DNA of 61,891 nt, from positions 67,508 through 129,398 of the forward strand of contig NW_004797723.1 in assembly GCF_000002075.1 (NCBI RefSeq), written 5' to 3'. Of the stretch, positions 37,801-51,640 are shown one piece after another; within the stretch, counting starts at the first letter, position 1; every line of letters starts with the position of its first letter. Origin of the DNA: Aplysia californica. Its lineage: Eukaryota. Under the pieces are notes generated by a model that was given only the letters and a program-made list of their open reading frames with translations, had not been told where the DNA came from and did no database searches. Both the position numbers and the translations under genes were made by a program.

Positions 37801-40800
37801 GCCCCTTCATCACCGTTCTGAACATGTGCTGCTTGTGGTTGCTGCTGCGGCTGCTGCTGGACTTTCTTCTTCTTGTAAATTTTGGCTGCTGCTTCTCTTT
37901 CCTAGATTTTTTAAAAATTAAAAAAATTAAAGGGCAAAAAACTGCTTTGTCTTTCTAAAGTCATTAATCAGAGACTGGCAGAATTCTATACTTCATAATT
38001 ATGTGCATCTGGTATTGACTCACTATTCTCACAACCACAACTTTTCCAACAATACTGCTTTGTCAGCTGGCTAGTGACCTCACATTCTCTAAGCTTCATC
38101 ATATATTCTACTGACACAAGATAAAAGAAAAAAGACTTTTTTTTCCCCAACAGAAAAGAACAACCTTTGACTCCTTTGGGCAAGACTCCGTCATACCCAA
38201 CTTTTCAAAATGGCATATGGCAGAGTCTTACACTATCACTAAGCAGTCACGTTGATTTCAGTTATAAGCAACTATAAATAACTAACAAGATGCTCGTTCT
38301 ACTTGCAATAAAAAACATCTATTGTAGAGGGCAAGCTAAATAATTTTTTTTTCAAAACTGATATGCCAGACCATATTTTTGGTCAGTCCAGCAGCCCGTG
38401 AGTCTACACCATTTGGCCTCCATGTTATGCTTTAAAATGTGGAGAACCATCCACAGAAATATATACCTTTGGTCACATGCCTGGGTGGCCAATATCAGGT
38501 TTGAACATTTATTTAATTGTGTAGTTGGCATAAAAACTTCCTCTTATCATGTCAAACCCTTGGGATGAGCATGAAGTTGGCAGTGTAGCACGGTTCTAAT
38601 GACGTCCTCTGTTAAATCGTCCTGACAGCCCAATTTTAATGGAAATTATTCTACAGTATGATAGCGTTTTGAAAGTATCTTTTTGTTGGTGAAAAACATG
38701 CACCGGTATTTTCGGCTCAGAGTCTTTTTACTTTGTTTCAGTAAAGGTTTTACAGTGCTCGCAACTGCATAAGGTCATATGAGCGCCAAAAAGTGGGATG
38801 TCAACAAAGAAGTCCTTACGGGGAATCAGGCTTACTCTAGCTTCAACAGCACAAAATCTGCTTCGACTATCAAGGCACCCCGGAAATAGCGGGTCACAAG
38901 AGTGTGACAAACATACAAAAGACGTAGAAGTCAAATGATGATAGTAAGGATAAGGAAAGAAAAAGCAGCAGTTCCCTGTTGCAGTTTAGGCAAATGGATC
39001 AGCCCATTTACAATTACAATTCTACTGTGTATAAGAACATGGTTAATGTCCTCCCTTTGGGAATGGCCTAAAGACACTTCAGACAGTAGCACCGCCCCAG
39101 GGGTGCTGAGAGTCTTTCTTTATCATGTCTTTCTCTCTCTTTCATTCACTCTTCATGTTGATTGTGAGCTTTTGCGTATTTGAACGTAAATGCGTGTTCA
39201 TTATCTTTTTCAAAATGGATCAAAGTATTCAAATACTTTTTAAACTAGTATTTGTCTTAGCCAAAAATGCATTTAAGCAAACCATTCAAAACAGTGTAAA
39301 GATAAAATCAGAAACAGACTAGACATATATACAGTACTCAATGTTAATTCAAACAGACAGGAACCTCTTGGCAGATCATCGATAGTTCATCCTAATAGCA
39401 GTATTATAGGAGGTAGTAGAAGAACTAAAAACATAAAAGAAGATATACCTTTAACTTCACCCTGGTGAAGTCTAACACTCTTAAGGTTGGGACCTTGTGA
39501 ATGACGTACAATCTGTAATTCTTTCGTGTAGTGACTGGGTTCCCCATTAAACTGAAAAGAAAGTAGCACTGATGAGATAAGCGACATAACTATGATATGA
39601 AACTACAACAATCAAAGCATCATAAAAGTGAAACTTATTTTGCATCTAAAAGGTCACAAAAGTCTGCAAGTGTTTGCACACCAATAATGTGCTCCAGGTT
39701 CCTATTACCTTTGCCCTTTAATTCTCATATCCAGCAAGTACACACTTGTTTTCAAAATTCTATTACACAGAGGTTTTCTTTCACAAAAGTTTTAAACTTT
39801 TAAATGTCCATTTTAGTGGATATTGTATCTATCTATACCAGCAAAGTAACTGCACCATACTGGCATAATTTTTTAAAGTATAGTATATGCAACTTTTTTA
39901 TTTTACAGAAGGGCCAAAAAATTGAATATTGATATCAAGAAAACAACAAACTCTTTGCAAATACCCCAAGTCAGTATTTTTAAGAATACAGTTTTGATAA
40001 TAACTTCCTTATTATTTTTAAAGCAAATGTTTTACTGGTAACAACATTCAGGTTTTTGGCTCACCCAATGAGGTTACAAATAGTAATAATTATAACCTCT
40101 TTGGGCTCTTCTGTAAATTTGTAAAAACTGCATGTATACTGTATTTTTTTTACATGACGGCAGCATAGGAGACCGGTGTTGCCAGACACAGGAGCCGATG
40201 TGGCAAGCATTGCATTCTGCATGCAGGGGTGAATGGACAATGCAGTACATAAATGTTTACTTATCCACAACATTATTGGTAAATATACATTAATTAACCC
40301 TGCCTTTACTCATGGAAAATGCTACCTAACCATGTTAGGAAAAGATCCCTGGTTCTATGAAGCCTGATTCGATGGCAGCCCAGTATGGGCCAGTTTCTGT
40401 TTTCCTTCAACTTATCTATAAGTTCCTTCTGGTATTTCCAGTTAGCAAATGGTAGAGGCACTCCAGGTAGATCGAGACAGTAAGTGGTCAATATTTCTTA
40501 TTACTTCAGGGACCCACCTCAAATACTTGAGCGTTGTTATTGTGCTGAGAGGATCTAAATCTGCCAATTCCTTCAGACCATTATTCGTCAAAATTAAGGT
40601 CTCCAGGCTGGGCAGATTTTCTTGAAGATCTTCCGAGATTCGACTACACAACAAAAAAGGTGGGATGAGAAAGGATAAAAACATATGCAATATTGAAACT
40701 GATATAAATTGATGAATTAAATATTCATGACATTATTTGAACATAAAGCATTTAACTGTAGACTGGAATGCATGCCAGTTACAAAAGAGTCTAGTAATTT

Positions 40801-43800
40801 TAAGAGCAGGTAATTTGTTTACACATACATACATCTGAACTTGCAACTCGACAACAAATGTATTTTAATGTTTCATTTCATAAAAACATTCTGGAGCTCT
40901 AAATACAATAAACTGAAAATCCTTTCAGCTAAAGTCAGTTGCATGTGACAACATTAATAATTAAGTATCTAAATCCAAGCATATTTTACTTCAAAAACTT
41001 GCAGTACAAAAAAGACAAAACATGGATAACAAACCAAGTTTCTAATTAATGACAAGCAAAAGAAATTCAGCCGCAACAGTTTTGCAATGTAGCTAAAGCA
41101 GCATCTTATTAAAAAACTACACAGTGTTACATTAAAATACAGGACTTACACAATTCTGTTGTTGCTAAGTAAGATGTGTTTCAAACGTTTCAGCAATGGA
41201 AATTTGTCTAGCTTTCTGACATCGTTGTCTGTGAAATCAATGGTGTCAAACTGGTCCTAGAAAACAAAAAGCAAAAAAATCCAATTCATAAAGTATCACT
41301 GTACAACTGCAGTGACAGGATGGTGGGTACATCTATGCAAATCAAGACCCCTCCCCCCCCCCTCAAAGAAAAAACAGCAAATGTTTTCAGGACAAATTCT
41401 GATCTCATTCATACGGACTTTTAACCACTTTTTGTCACCATGGGGAGTGTGTTCCTGTCCCTGTCAGAACTGATCTTCAGTTAAGCTAGTTGACTAGGAC
41501 GGTAGTCTAATCAGTCTCAGTGTCAGCGGACTCCCTTTCAGGTTCTGGCCCATTCATGACAAAAATTCAGACCCCAGAGTCCTCAATAGTGTCACCTTCC
41601 TCATCTTCTTCATCCTCATAATTTTTAACAACTTGCAAATCTGGGTCAAATCAAAAAGTGACATTTGCTGCCTTTTTTCCAGTCATTTCGGAGTTAACAT
41701 TTTGTGGTTATCTGCTTTCATCTGCAATACTAGATCTGTGTTTATCAATAGCTTGTAAACCTAGCAGTAGAGTAATACTAAGAAATTAAGTACCCATAAT
41801 ATGCACATTTTTCATTGTCAAATACAAATCCATGCTGTGCTTAGCTCAATCTCCGTACAGTACAGTATAGAAGAATAAGAGCCAGATAAGCCTATGTAAT
41901 ATTTTGTAGATGATTAGAAACATCCAATTTTGTTAACTTCCATGACGTCCATGGTTCATTGCATCTTTGTGATGTACCATTAAAACCTTAAAGCAAAGGA
42001 GTTAACTGTAATTTTAGTTTCAACCAATACTAAAAATTCAACTTGGCTTTATAAACTATGTATCAAAATAGATCACAATTGAACCCTTCAAGTGAAATAA
42101 AACCTTTTAATCTATTACCACAGTAGCTGAAATGCCTTTCTCACTGCAATTCAAACTAACATCCAAAGAGAAAGGAATTAATACAAGTACAAAAGAGGAA
42201 AAAGAACAACCAAAGGAGCACGTGCATAACAAGGAAAGTATTAGATTGGAACCCACAGGGTAAAAGATCAAGGGGAAGACCACGTGGAACCTGGAGAAGA
42301 GCCCCGGAAATGGATGTACAGAAAAGTGGGAAGACATGGAGTGACATCAAGCGACTAGCCCAGGATAGGGAAAGGTGGAATATATTTGTTCCAGGCCTCT
42401 ATCCTGATCCAGATTGAACCACTGAAACTAAGAATGTAGTAAGCTACATTTTATTGTTAAAAAACATCTCTCACAGATTAGTTCTTGATGCTGATACTAG
42501 TTCTTCAAACATTTTACAGTGTAACATGATTAACATAATATGAACACTACCATTCTACAATTAAGTATTCAGAGTATAAATCCCAGCTAAAATAAATACA
42601 CACAAGGTTACAAATTTACAGTCCTAAATTTTCTCACCAGAGTAGCGCCCAAGTTTTCAATCACTGGTATCCTGTACCCTGAAAGAAGATGAGGAAAGAG
42701 AATTAGACTAACTGATAAAGCTACAAAGTTTGTAAAACTGGCATCGTAGCATACATCATCAACACATAAAGAATATAGGCCTACATTACTAGACATAATA
42801 TAACATAAATTTGGAAACAGGTCTTGGTAAACGAATCATTTTGGTAATTGAAAAGAAGACAATACAGCACCAGTGAAAGTCAACATTTTACACCTTATAG
42901 GGGGTACCCATTAGCGCGATCGGGTCGGGTCCTTTTCTGGTGGTTTCAGTGCACACTACAACCCCGCCACGATTGTACCCTACGACTTGGAAGTTAAAGA
43001 AGAGAACCCTTTAACCTCAATGGCTTCCAGGGCTCCTTTTTGCAGTTCCCTGTTGCAGTGCTGTGACAGCTTGCAATCCCATAAACATGGGTTACACCGA
43101 TAACTTTTTATTATCTTCTCTAAGTAGATGGACTCCATTATTGTCAATTGTGGATAGTATTTTGCGTGGAAATGCCCCACCTTGACATTCGTAGTGTCAC
43201 CATGGACACAGGACTCAGCCTTGCTGTGATTGGCTGCGAACCACCCAATCATGCGACTCGCAGGCATGAAAACAAACGTGTTTGTTTTTAAAGGTCACCG
43301 ACCAAGCCGATCGGTTTGTGCCGCAGGCTAGCCCCGACTACTAAATCGACCTGACAAAACCTGATCGTGCTAGTGGGCACCCCCTAATAGACAATAGACC
43401 AGAGGTCATCAGACGATAGCCTGCTGGCCCAGATCCTGCCTGTGAGGTCGGTTATCTGACCCGCTGTCATGCCATCATGTAGGGAAAAAAAATTGCATAA
43501 AAATGGAGCAATGGATGCTACTACAGAATTAAACAGACATTACATTGCATGGATTTCCTTTTTGGAATTGCTGAGGCTGATTGTGGGATGGTGAATAGTG
43601 TAAAAACAGGAAGTAAATCGACACCAACTGGGGTGTGGGTTTGGCATTTCTCGTATGTCTATGCCTACAAACGCAGCATCGATAACAGCAGTCAGTGAGT
43701 TAATCATTCCATTGAACCCAGCGAATTGAATAAGATTTTACAGACTTCATTAGTTTTAGCTGATGTACCACACTCTTGCTGCTTTGTTAGAGAAAGATTT

Positions 43801-46800
43801 GTCCTCGTCAACTAGAGGTGATATGAAACTATTTTTATAAGTGTACTTCAACACCCTCGCTTTCCAACGGGTCCCATATGTACGTTCAGCGTAACGTGAG
43901 CCATGATCTCCAAGTCCCGTATTTCTGCCACTGAAGTATGTGTTCGTGTCAGTCTGCTTAAGTGTTTGTGTTCATGTGTGGCCTACTTCTAGAACCGTCT
44001 GTGTTGGTTCAAAACCGAAGTGTACTTCTCGTTTAAAACACATCAAGTTGGTAGCTCTAGATGTACTTCCAATGAAATTTGAACAAGTTGACCCATATAA
44101 ACATAAGGAATTCAAAAGGATAACCACGTAACAGCTTGATTTTTAACAAAATGACATTACCTGATAAAAAATAATCTGATAGTTTTGAAAACTATTGTAC
44201 AAGTAAAAGGAAAAAAAGAGAGCAAAACATTCGGAAATTGATGTTCCTTTCAAACCCCAGATCGTTGGTTACAACAATAGCATCTAAAAAAAGCTTTTAA
44301 ATTCGAATGGACATAATCACTCATAATGACTTTAATCGAGAGGTTATTCATGTATTGGCAAAACTTATAATTATAGAAAGTATAGGAAACTGTTGGAGAT
44401 AGTCATAATAACAGAGACGACGGCCTAGCCACGTGGCTTTCCAAGTTTCCAAGGATCACCCCCGACCGTAAATTCATGGACAACATCAGAATCATAGATC
44501 TCTACATTCAGAAAAACATTTCTTTTGTGATTCCTTGAAAAAGTACGTCATAAGTTCTTAGAGGGCAGCTGATTAGGCTTACTTGGCTAATCTTTCATTA
44601 TATAGAGGCCTGTCTAGTGTTTTACGGTACTTACGCGTGTCGCGCATCAGGCCTAGGTCTAACTAAACATTAAATGCAGTCACCCAAATACCAGTCAGAA
44701 ACCTCTCAAAGATACATTTCCAGTGACCAATAAAAAAACCCGTCAGATGACAAAAGTGTGCCTTTGAGCTGAGCATGCTTTTGTACAGCGTGCGTTTAGG
44801 CGAAGACTAATGTATATATCTGGCAACTTGGTAACACATGTGTCACTTTTACGACAGCTACAGAGTTGAAAGTTGGCAAGTATTTGCAAAAAGATAGGTA
44901 GATCCCCACTACGGAGCCCGATTTTTTAATTTATTCATTTCCTGAATTTAGAAAAATATATTGGACAGAAAGTTCCCATCTTTCTTTGGCCTTTGTGATT
45001 ATTCCACTGAGAAACGAAACAAATGTGCTTAGCTGTCCTTCACAGCATAAGTGCCAGAAGTGATATTCCGCTGGAAGTAGTGTCTCTCCGCCTAGGCTTT
45101 ACAACACAAAAAAAAAACACCTTCTTATACCACCTACCCCCCTTTTTCAAAAGAAAACAAAAACCCTTTTGAATAAGCCCTATTTTTCTCCTTGACAATG
45201 GCAATGCGAGGCCGTTTTACACAGGTTTGACTGTGTATACAATTGCGTACGTATAGCAAAATTTTCAAAATTTGAATTTCTGTGTACGCAATTGCGTGCG
45301 TAAGAGACTCAGCCACATGGAGCTTACGAGAGCACACTACACTGGCTTCTGATTGGCTAAAATATCAATGAAACGACATCACGAGGACGATAGCCTACAT
45401 TGGCTTCTGATTGTGATTGGCTAAAATGGACTACTAGGCCGCGAGTCATTTAGACTACATGTATCTATTTTAAAATGACTTGATTAACAAGGCACTAGAA
45501 CAATATATGTATGTCCTATAGTTGACACAGGGGGTAGAAACTAGTGAACTGCTGCAGTTTTTATCTGTACCGATCTTTGCCTGGCCTCTGCTCTAAAATA
45601 GAGATCACCAGAAGACACTCGCTCGCTCAATGGTGACCTAGATTTCCGACTACATTCCACTAGGCCTAAGGTCAAAGTAATATTTCACCAAATTTGGTAT
45701 GTGTACATACGTCACTATATACATTATACAGCCAATCAGAAGCCGGTGTAGTGTGCTCTCGTTAGATCCATGTGGCACAGCCAGGCTTTACAGTTAGACA
45801 CTGCCTCTGTGATTTTGAAGACGTCGGTGTGTTCCTTTTACAGTGTAGAAGCCTTTTCATGGGTTATTATTTTCTTATAGTGCTTTTTTGTGATGGTGCA
45901 AGGCGAAACCCAGATCTAGATCGTCTGTTTATGCGTTGTACTTGTTCCAGATCAAATGTAGGGGATAATCCGGTTTTGGCCCAAGCGATTACTATGGAGT
46001 ATTGGTTTTGGCTCCACCGAGCGTCTAAACGATTACTTTTCGAGTCTTTGCGCGGCGAGCGAGAGGGATGGCGCACAGCGAGAGAGAGAGGGGGAACACC
46101 GCGCTGTGTTGGGTGCTGGGTGCGTAGGGTCGACGATATGATAATTTACGTAATATAATATACTCCGGTTTTGGCCCCAGTTAGTAATGCCGAAGAAACA
46201 ATAATAACAAAGGCGAAGAGAGAACTTGGCCAAAACCGGAGTATAGTATATATGGGCCGCTCTTTACAATTCTCTGGGCCTAACCCCAATAAGTAATAAT
46301 TTTTAAAGCCCTTACTCGCTGCCAGACGACATGAGCAGCGACCACAACTTCCAATAGAGGTAAGTTTGTTAGATTTTTATGTATCAGCGAGCGAAGGTCT
46401 TTTTTACTTTTACATAAAATAATCTAGAAAACAATTATTATCAGGGGGCAAGCCCCCTGAAACCCCCTCAATTCTGACATTCTTAAATCATTATTTCGGG
46501 TACAGCCCCAATTCAATTGCTATTGTTTGTATTAGGCTATTAGTTCGTTGTTCATGCTTGCCCCCTTGCTCCTCTACTCTGGGTTTAGCCCCAATTCAAA
46601 TTCAATTGCCATCAGTTCATGATGTTTCACACTCAGCTGTTAGTAGATCTTTCTAGGCCCCACTGAAACTGAAAAATAGCAGACAGCGCCGCATTCGCCT
46701 CTCTCTTCCACTTCCAGTTCCCCAGTCCGGGTTTGGTCCCACTACTAAGCCCACTTGTGGACAGCGCAGCGTCGCATTCGTAAGATCTATCGATCGCCTT

Positions 46801-47502
46801 GAGCAGGCTGCAGGCGAAAGAACTGCAGACAGTCACCTCTCTCCCGAATAAGACATCGATACCGAGTATAAAAGTCAGTATCGATATTGGAGTACTCTTG
46901 GGCTCTTGGGGCCAAAACCGGATAAATCAAAATGTAGACCAGCTTCCGTTCACATACAGTGCGTGCCGTAGGCCTACTGATCCCACAATGACTTGCCGAT
47001 CGATGCTTTTGAGTCCCATCATCGAACGGGGTACCCAGCTAGAATAATAGTCTAGCATATAGATTTAGGTTAGGCCTAGATACGTGTCAAGATTGAAACA
47101 ACAAAAAAGGGAGAAGGAGTTTCGAAGAGGGCTGGCCGACAAACAACACAGAAAAGAGGGGATTTTTTTCATGCGGCATATGCACCCTAACCCTACTAAT
47201 TTTAACCCAAGGCACCCTATCCATAACCCTAACCCTAGTATAGTATAATCAATAAACCTTATCACGGTAAGTACCGGCCCTCTGCGGAACTCCTGCTAAA
47301 CAAAGTACAGCAGAAGCCGCCCAAAACTGAAAAACTAAAAGTTCAAGTCGCTGGTTATCGGTAATAGGTAATATAGAGTCAAGTACACATTTTACTGTCT
47401 GAACTGGGTCAAGTTCTCACCTCTCAGATCTAACTCCCAATCCCTAACAGGATTGTGCTTCTGGGCAGACATGTTGATCAGTTGCGCTGTAAGCCGCACC
47501 AT
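34842..47502 (-). CDS. SNRPA1: U2 small nuclear ribonucleoprotein A' (321 aa)
   Basis: Exons (-): 47502-47421, 42678-42638, 41256-41150, 40643-40518, 39551-39449, 37901-37716, 37193-37079, 35047-34842; total 966 nt, phase-consistent. MVRLTAQLI...NPVRDWELDLRGYRIPVIENLGATLDQFDTIDFTDNDVRKL, LRR-cap NYRLYVIHKVPTLRVLDF, AKTFTPG, SLEEYEKIHQMLQSGQIPG. Confidence 0.96.
42170..42410 (+). mobile_element. RTE-type LINE 3' remnant
   Basis: Encodes ..LDWNPQGKRSRGRPRGTWRR.. and KWEDME*HQATSPG*GKVE-like decayed C-terminal motifs. Confidence 0.7.
42898..43386. mobile_element. hAT-like MITE
   Basis: TIR TAGGGGGTACCCATTAGCGCGATC / GATCGTGCTAGTGGGCACCCCCTA; no clear TSD. Confidence 0.65.
45312..45776. mobile_element. 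MITE with about 48-bp TIRs
   Basis: GCCACATGGAGCTTACGAGAGCACACTACACTGGCTTCTGATTGGCT is mirrored by AGCCAATCAGAAGCCGGTGTAGTGTGCTCTCGTTAGATCCATGTGGC. Confidence 0.75.
45969..46922. mobile_element. Nested or compound TIR element with TCCGGTTTTGGCC termini
   Basis: TCCGGTTTTGGCC at about 45969 and 46164; GGCCAAAACCGGA at about 46227 and 46910. Confidence 0.55.
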
Positions 47503-48549
47503 TTTTCCTTTTGTGTAAAGAGAACACCATACAAAAGTAATTTTATTTGTTACTGTTTTGGCATTGGACACCGCCGTTCTTACTCGAGTTTCGTTTTCTC
47601 GGCGTTCTAAAAGTCTGACTTCCTGTCCTGTTTGTCTTAAAGATAAAAGAAACGGAATAAAACCTAATGAGCTAGCCTAGGCTATTATTTTTGCCAAATT
47701 ACCAAACAGCTAGGGGCTAGGTTTATTGAGAATGTTTTATGTTCTCCAAAAAAGAACATTCCTCATAAGAACCAGGTCCACGAAAGAACACGCTTTTACT
47801 AGCTATAGAAATCTACTCTGAAACTCGGTTTGGGCTTAGTTAACGGCATTAAACTTCTGTACCATATTTAGCGCAGGTTGGGATGATGAAAGGTAATGTA
47901 TGTGGCGCTTGCATATTGAGCTTACATAAATCTAGGCCTACTATAGGCCTACTGCAAATGCACAGTTACTAGAACGTTTACCTAAAACCGCACGTAGGCG
48001 TAACTCAGCTGAGCAGGTCAATCGGTATGTGCCTTTCGATTTGTACAATCCTAGGCTTTCTGGGTTCAGAAAGCCAAAGTACAATCACTTAATGCTCCTC
48101 TGAAATGGTCAGAGACAGAGTGCCAGGTAAGCTATAATTATACTGATGTGTATAAAGGCACCTACATAATGACAAGATAACATTGTAAAGATTCGTTTTG
48201 CAGCTTCTGATTCTCATTTGTACCCAAAGCAGCTTATAATAATATAGGCACCCCTCAGACGTNNNNNNNNNNNNNNNNNNNNNNNNNNNNNNNNNNNNNN
48301 NNNNNNNNNNNNNNNNNNNNNNNNNNNNNNNNNNNNNNNNNNNNNNNNNNNNNNNNNNNNNNNNNNNNNNNNNNNNNNNNNNNNNNNNNNNNNNNNNNNN
48401 NNNNNNNNNNNNNNNNNNCAGCAATACAGCGAACCTCTTTGCCGTCCCTAGGCGTCTGTCTGGATGACCTGCAGGTCTTAATTCCAAAATCAACGAGGAG
48501 CTGATCTAGCCTCTGCCCCTACCTAAGTTTTTTGCCCACTTTTTTGCTT

Positions 48550-49461
48550 TCAAAGGTGAAAAAACCCAAAGAACTTGTTGTTGACTTTAGAAAAAAGAAA
48601 CTGCCCTTGCAGCCACTCGAAATTAAAAGTGAAAACGTCGAGCAAGTGTCAGATTATAAGTATTTATATAGGTGTTACAATAGACAACAAACTCAACTGG
48701 CGTGTCCACACATCTCTCCTGCATAAAAAGGAGAACAAAAGATTACTTTTTTCTAAGGAAGCTCGTGTATTTTAAAGTTGATAAAACATTGAGATATCCA
48801 TATTCTATCATTCAATCATAGAAAGTATGATCATTTTTTTATAAACAACAGCATGGGCCGGGAACACAAGACAACAAAAGAAAAATCAAATCGATTAATA
48901 CGGAAAGCATGTAAAATTTCAACATCTACATTCCCCTATTTGGATGAATTGTACTTAACAGATTGCACTAAAAAATTAATTCATCTTTTTAGACAACATC
49001 CATTGTTCCCTCAAATAAAAACATCTGTCAGAATGAAAAGACCTATAGGCTTCTGATCTGTAACTAAGAAAGATACAGAAGGTCATTTTTAACCACCAAC
49101 CATCAACATTCTTCCGTCTTAACCATCTTGTTACAAGTATTCATATAATGACCTTAGAGCAGGCCTCAGAATAGCATTTAGTATGTATCTAGTTTAAGAT
49201 TATTATTGTTTATTTTGCTGTTCGTTTATATTATGCATGTGACTGTAAGNNNNNNNNNNNNNNNNNNNNNNNNNNNNNNNNNNNNNNNNNNNNNNNNNNN
49301 NNNNNNNNNNNNNNNNNNNNNNNNNNNNNNNNNNNNNNNNNNNNNNNNNNNNNNNNNNNNNNNNNNNNNNNNNNNNNNNNNNNNNNNNNNACCAAACCAA
49401 TAATTTGCCAGGATCTGAACAATAAAGATGTATCTTATCTTATCTTATCTTATCTTATCTT
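48550..49461 (+). mobile_element. L2/Rex-like LINE 3' remnant
   Basis: Frameshifted KPKELVVDFRKK...VEQVSDYKYL/GVTIDNKLNW; ends in AATAAA (49421) followed by (TCTTA)n. Confidence 0.8.
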
Positions 49462-50203
49462 AAAATACATGTATACCGAAGAGCGCACCTTTGTTGTTAG
49501 CTTTCAACTTGCGCTGTAACATCCTGAGTCTGCTATTATATGCTGCCACTTATGCAATACATATAAACTTCTAAAGTGTGTAAACGAGAAAGATCCTAGC
49601 TCTTATCATTCGCTATCGGAGCACAGAAGTCAAATACAAGAGGGCGGGGGTGTCATTAGGCTTTTTATTGTTGTTGTCGTTGCTGTTGTTGTTGTTGGGT
49701 AGGGTGTTACTGGCAATTACTTCATCTGTTCTTTGTCTCTTATGTTTTTGCGTGCCTGTCTAATCTAACACTTCGTCCGTCATTCATTCGATGTTNNNNN
49801 NNNNNNNNNNNNNNNNNNNNNNNNNNNNNNNNNNNNNNNNNNNNNNNNNNNNNNNNNNNNNNNNNNNNNNNNNNNNNNNNNNNNNNNNNNNNNNNNNNNN
49901 NNNNNNNNNNNNNNNNNNNNNNNNNNNNNNNNNNNNNNNNNNNNNNNNNNNNNNNNNNNNNNNNNNNNNNNNNNNNNNNNNNNNNNNNNNNNNNNNNNNN
50001 NNNNNNNNTGGTTAGAGTGCGCCACTGGTAAGCCCCGCTTATTTACTTTCCGTCTGTTTTTTGTTGTTTTTTTTGTCTGTTTTACTTTTTCTCAGCACTA
50101 AACGGCCACTATTCTGTCGACGTTCTTCTCTTTGCTCAACAAAACAAAGAAATGGGGATGACACCCTGCCTGTGTCTACCTTTGCCCTACCCCCCCCCCC
50201 TCT

Positions 50204-50256
<53 letters not shown>

Positions 50257-50576
50257 ATCCTCGGTGATGACACCCTACCTGTGCCTACTGTGTACCATTA
50301 CCCCACCTTACTACTGTTGCTTCGATTATTCTCTAACTTCTCTGCAATGATGTTGAATCGCTGACTGTTGACCTCTCTGGTTGTTGACCTTTTCTGACTC
50401 CTGATCTGACCTCCCACACTGTCGACTGCCCGAGACTGCTGTTGGCTTGCTCGATCACTGACCGCCCGGCCGCCTTTATCCGTTTGTTGACGCTTTGACT
50501 GTTCACTCCTCTTTCATGTTGACCTCACTGACCTGTTACCCCTCAAACTAATGACCCCTCTCACTTTGACATCATC

Positions 50577-50802
50577 GGCATCTGAGGTGCAGCGGTTAGG
50601 CGCTTCGCTGTCGCACGCAGGAAACCCGAGTTCGATTCCCGAGTGGGAAGAAATTTTTTTTCGAGTATCTCGGTTTGTCTGCTCGGATGTTGTATCCCTC
50701 TCTGCCATGGTTGGTCCAGGCAGGCAAGGTCAGACGCCTGCTTCCAGAATGATATCAATTGTATTGATCGGGGCGTAAAAACACGTACGTTTAAAAAAAA
50801 AA
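50577..50802 (+). mobile_element. tRNA-derived SINE
   Basis: tRNA-like head GGCATCTGAGGTGCAGCGGTTAGG...GAGTTCGATTCCC, a non-tRNA body and an A-rich tail; homologous to 60508-60750 and 7320-7515. Confidence 0.75.
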
Positions 50803-51479
50803 AGATACATGTATACTTAATCATTTTCATTGTTGACCGCACGTCTAATCGTGTCACCCTCTTGTTGACAACTTTACCCCTCCCCTTTCTCTCTTTCTCC
50901 TCCTCAACTGTTACCAGTTCAGTTATGCCAATTCAACCTTATAACCATTGATTGGAGGGCATTGCATGTAGTTCTTCATCCATTTGGCTTAGAACACTTT
51001 GATCGGATTTGACAGTTCGGAGGTTCCATGACTTAAATAACTTCGCAATGCTCATTAAGAAGCTATACCTATGATATGATACGCATTGCTATTCACAAAG
51101 TATATTCTCGCATCGTTGTCCACCAAGTGGAAAAGTGGTGTTCATTTTGTTACACGGCATAACTTATTTTGCCATATACTTATTATAGGCATGTAGATGA
51201 TTTTAACACTTTGCTGTCACTTGGCACAATAATGCTACGGTGAAAAGTATCCGTTCCGGTCACCTGCGCCATGCAGCAGGCCCGAGAAGTCTGTTGCAGT
51301 CACTCTCCTGACTGGGTGATCATATTATGGGGCATTTTGTTTTGCTGGCTGTGTTTTTTACCATCGTATCCTTACGACGTGGATAACTCAGTGCCACCAC
51401 TTTCCAAAGAGGAAATTTACTTGTTAATCCGATCCGTACGCTTTGCATCGTAGTCTGTCAAAAAGATGTATCGCTGTCT

Positions 51480-51640
51480 ATAGCTGGGTGCTCATTCCAA
51501 CCTGGGTGAAGTGAGGAAAATTCGTGTAAAGTGCCTTTCTCAGGGACACAACGTCCATTGGGCCACTGACGGGATTCGAACCCATGACCTTACGGGTGCG
51601 AGTCCGAGAGCCTATATATATATACTAGGCCACCGACGCC
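51480..51640 (-). mobile_element. tRNA-derived SINE
   Basis: Reverse strand: GGCGTCGGTGGCCTAGT...GGGTTCGAATCCC, then GTTGTGTCCCTGAGAAAGGCACTTTACACG. Confidence 0.75.

Noticed and set aside
50577-50650. tRNA-Asp gene
   Set aside because: The acceptor stem is poor and it continues into a body shared with other dispersed copies, so it is a SINE head.
50867-50920. About 52-nt exact duplicate at 54370-54422
   Set aside because: It is a pyrimidine-rich fragment next to a gap, most simply a repeat fragment.
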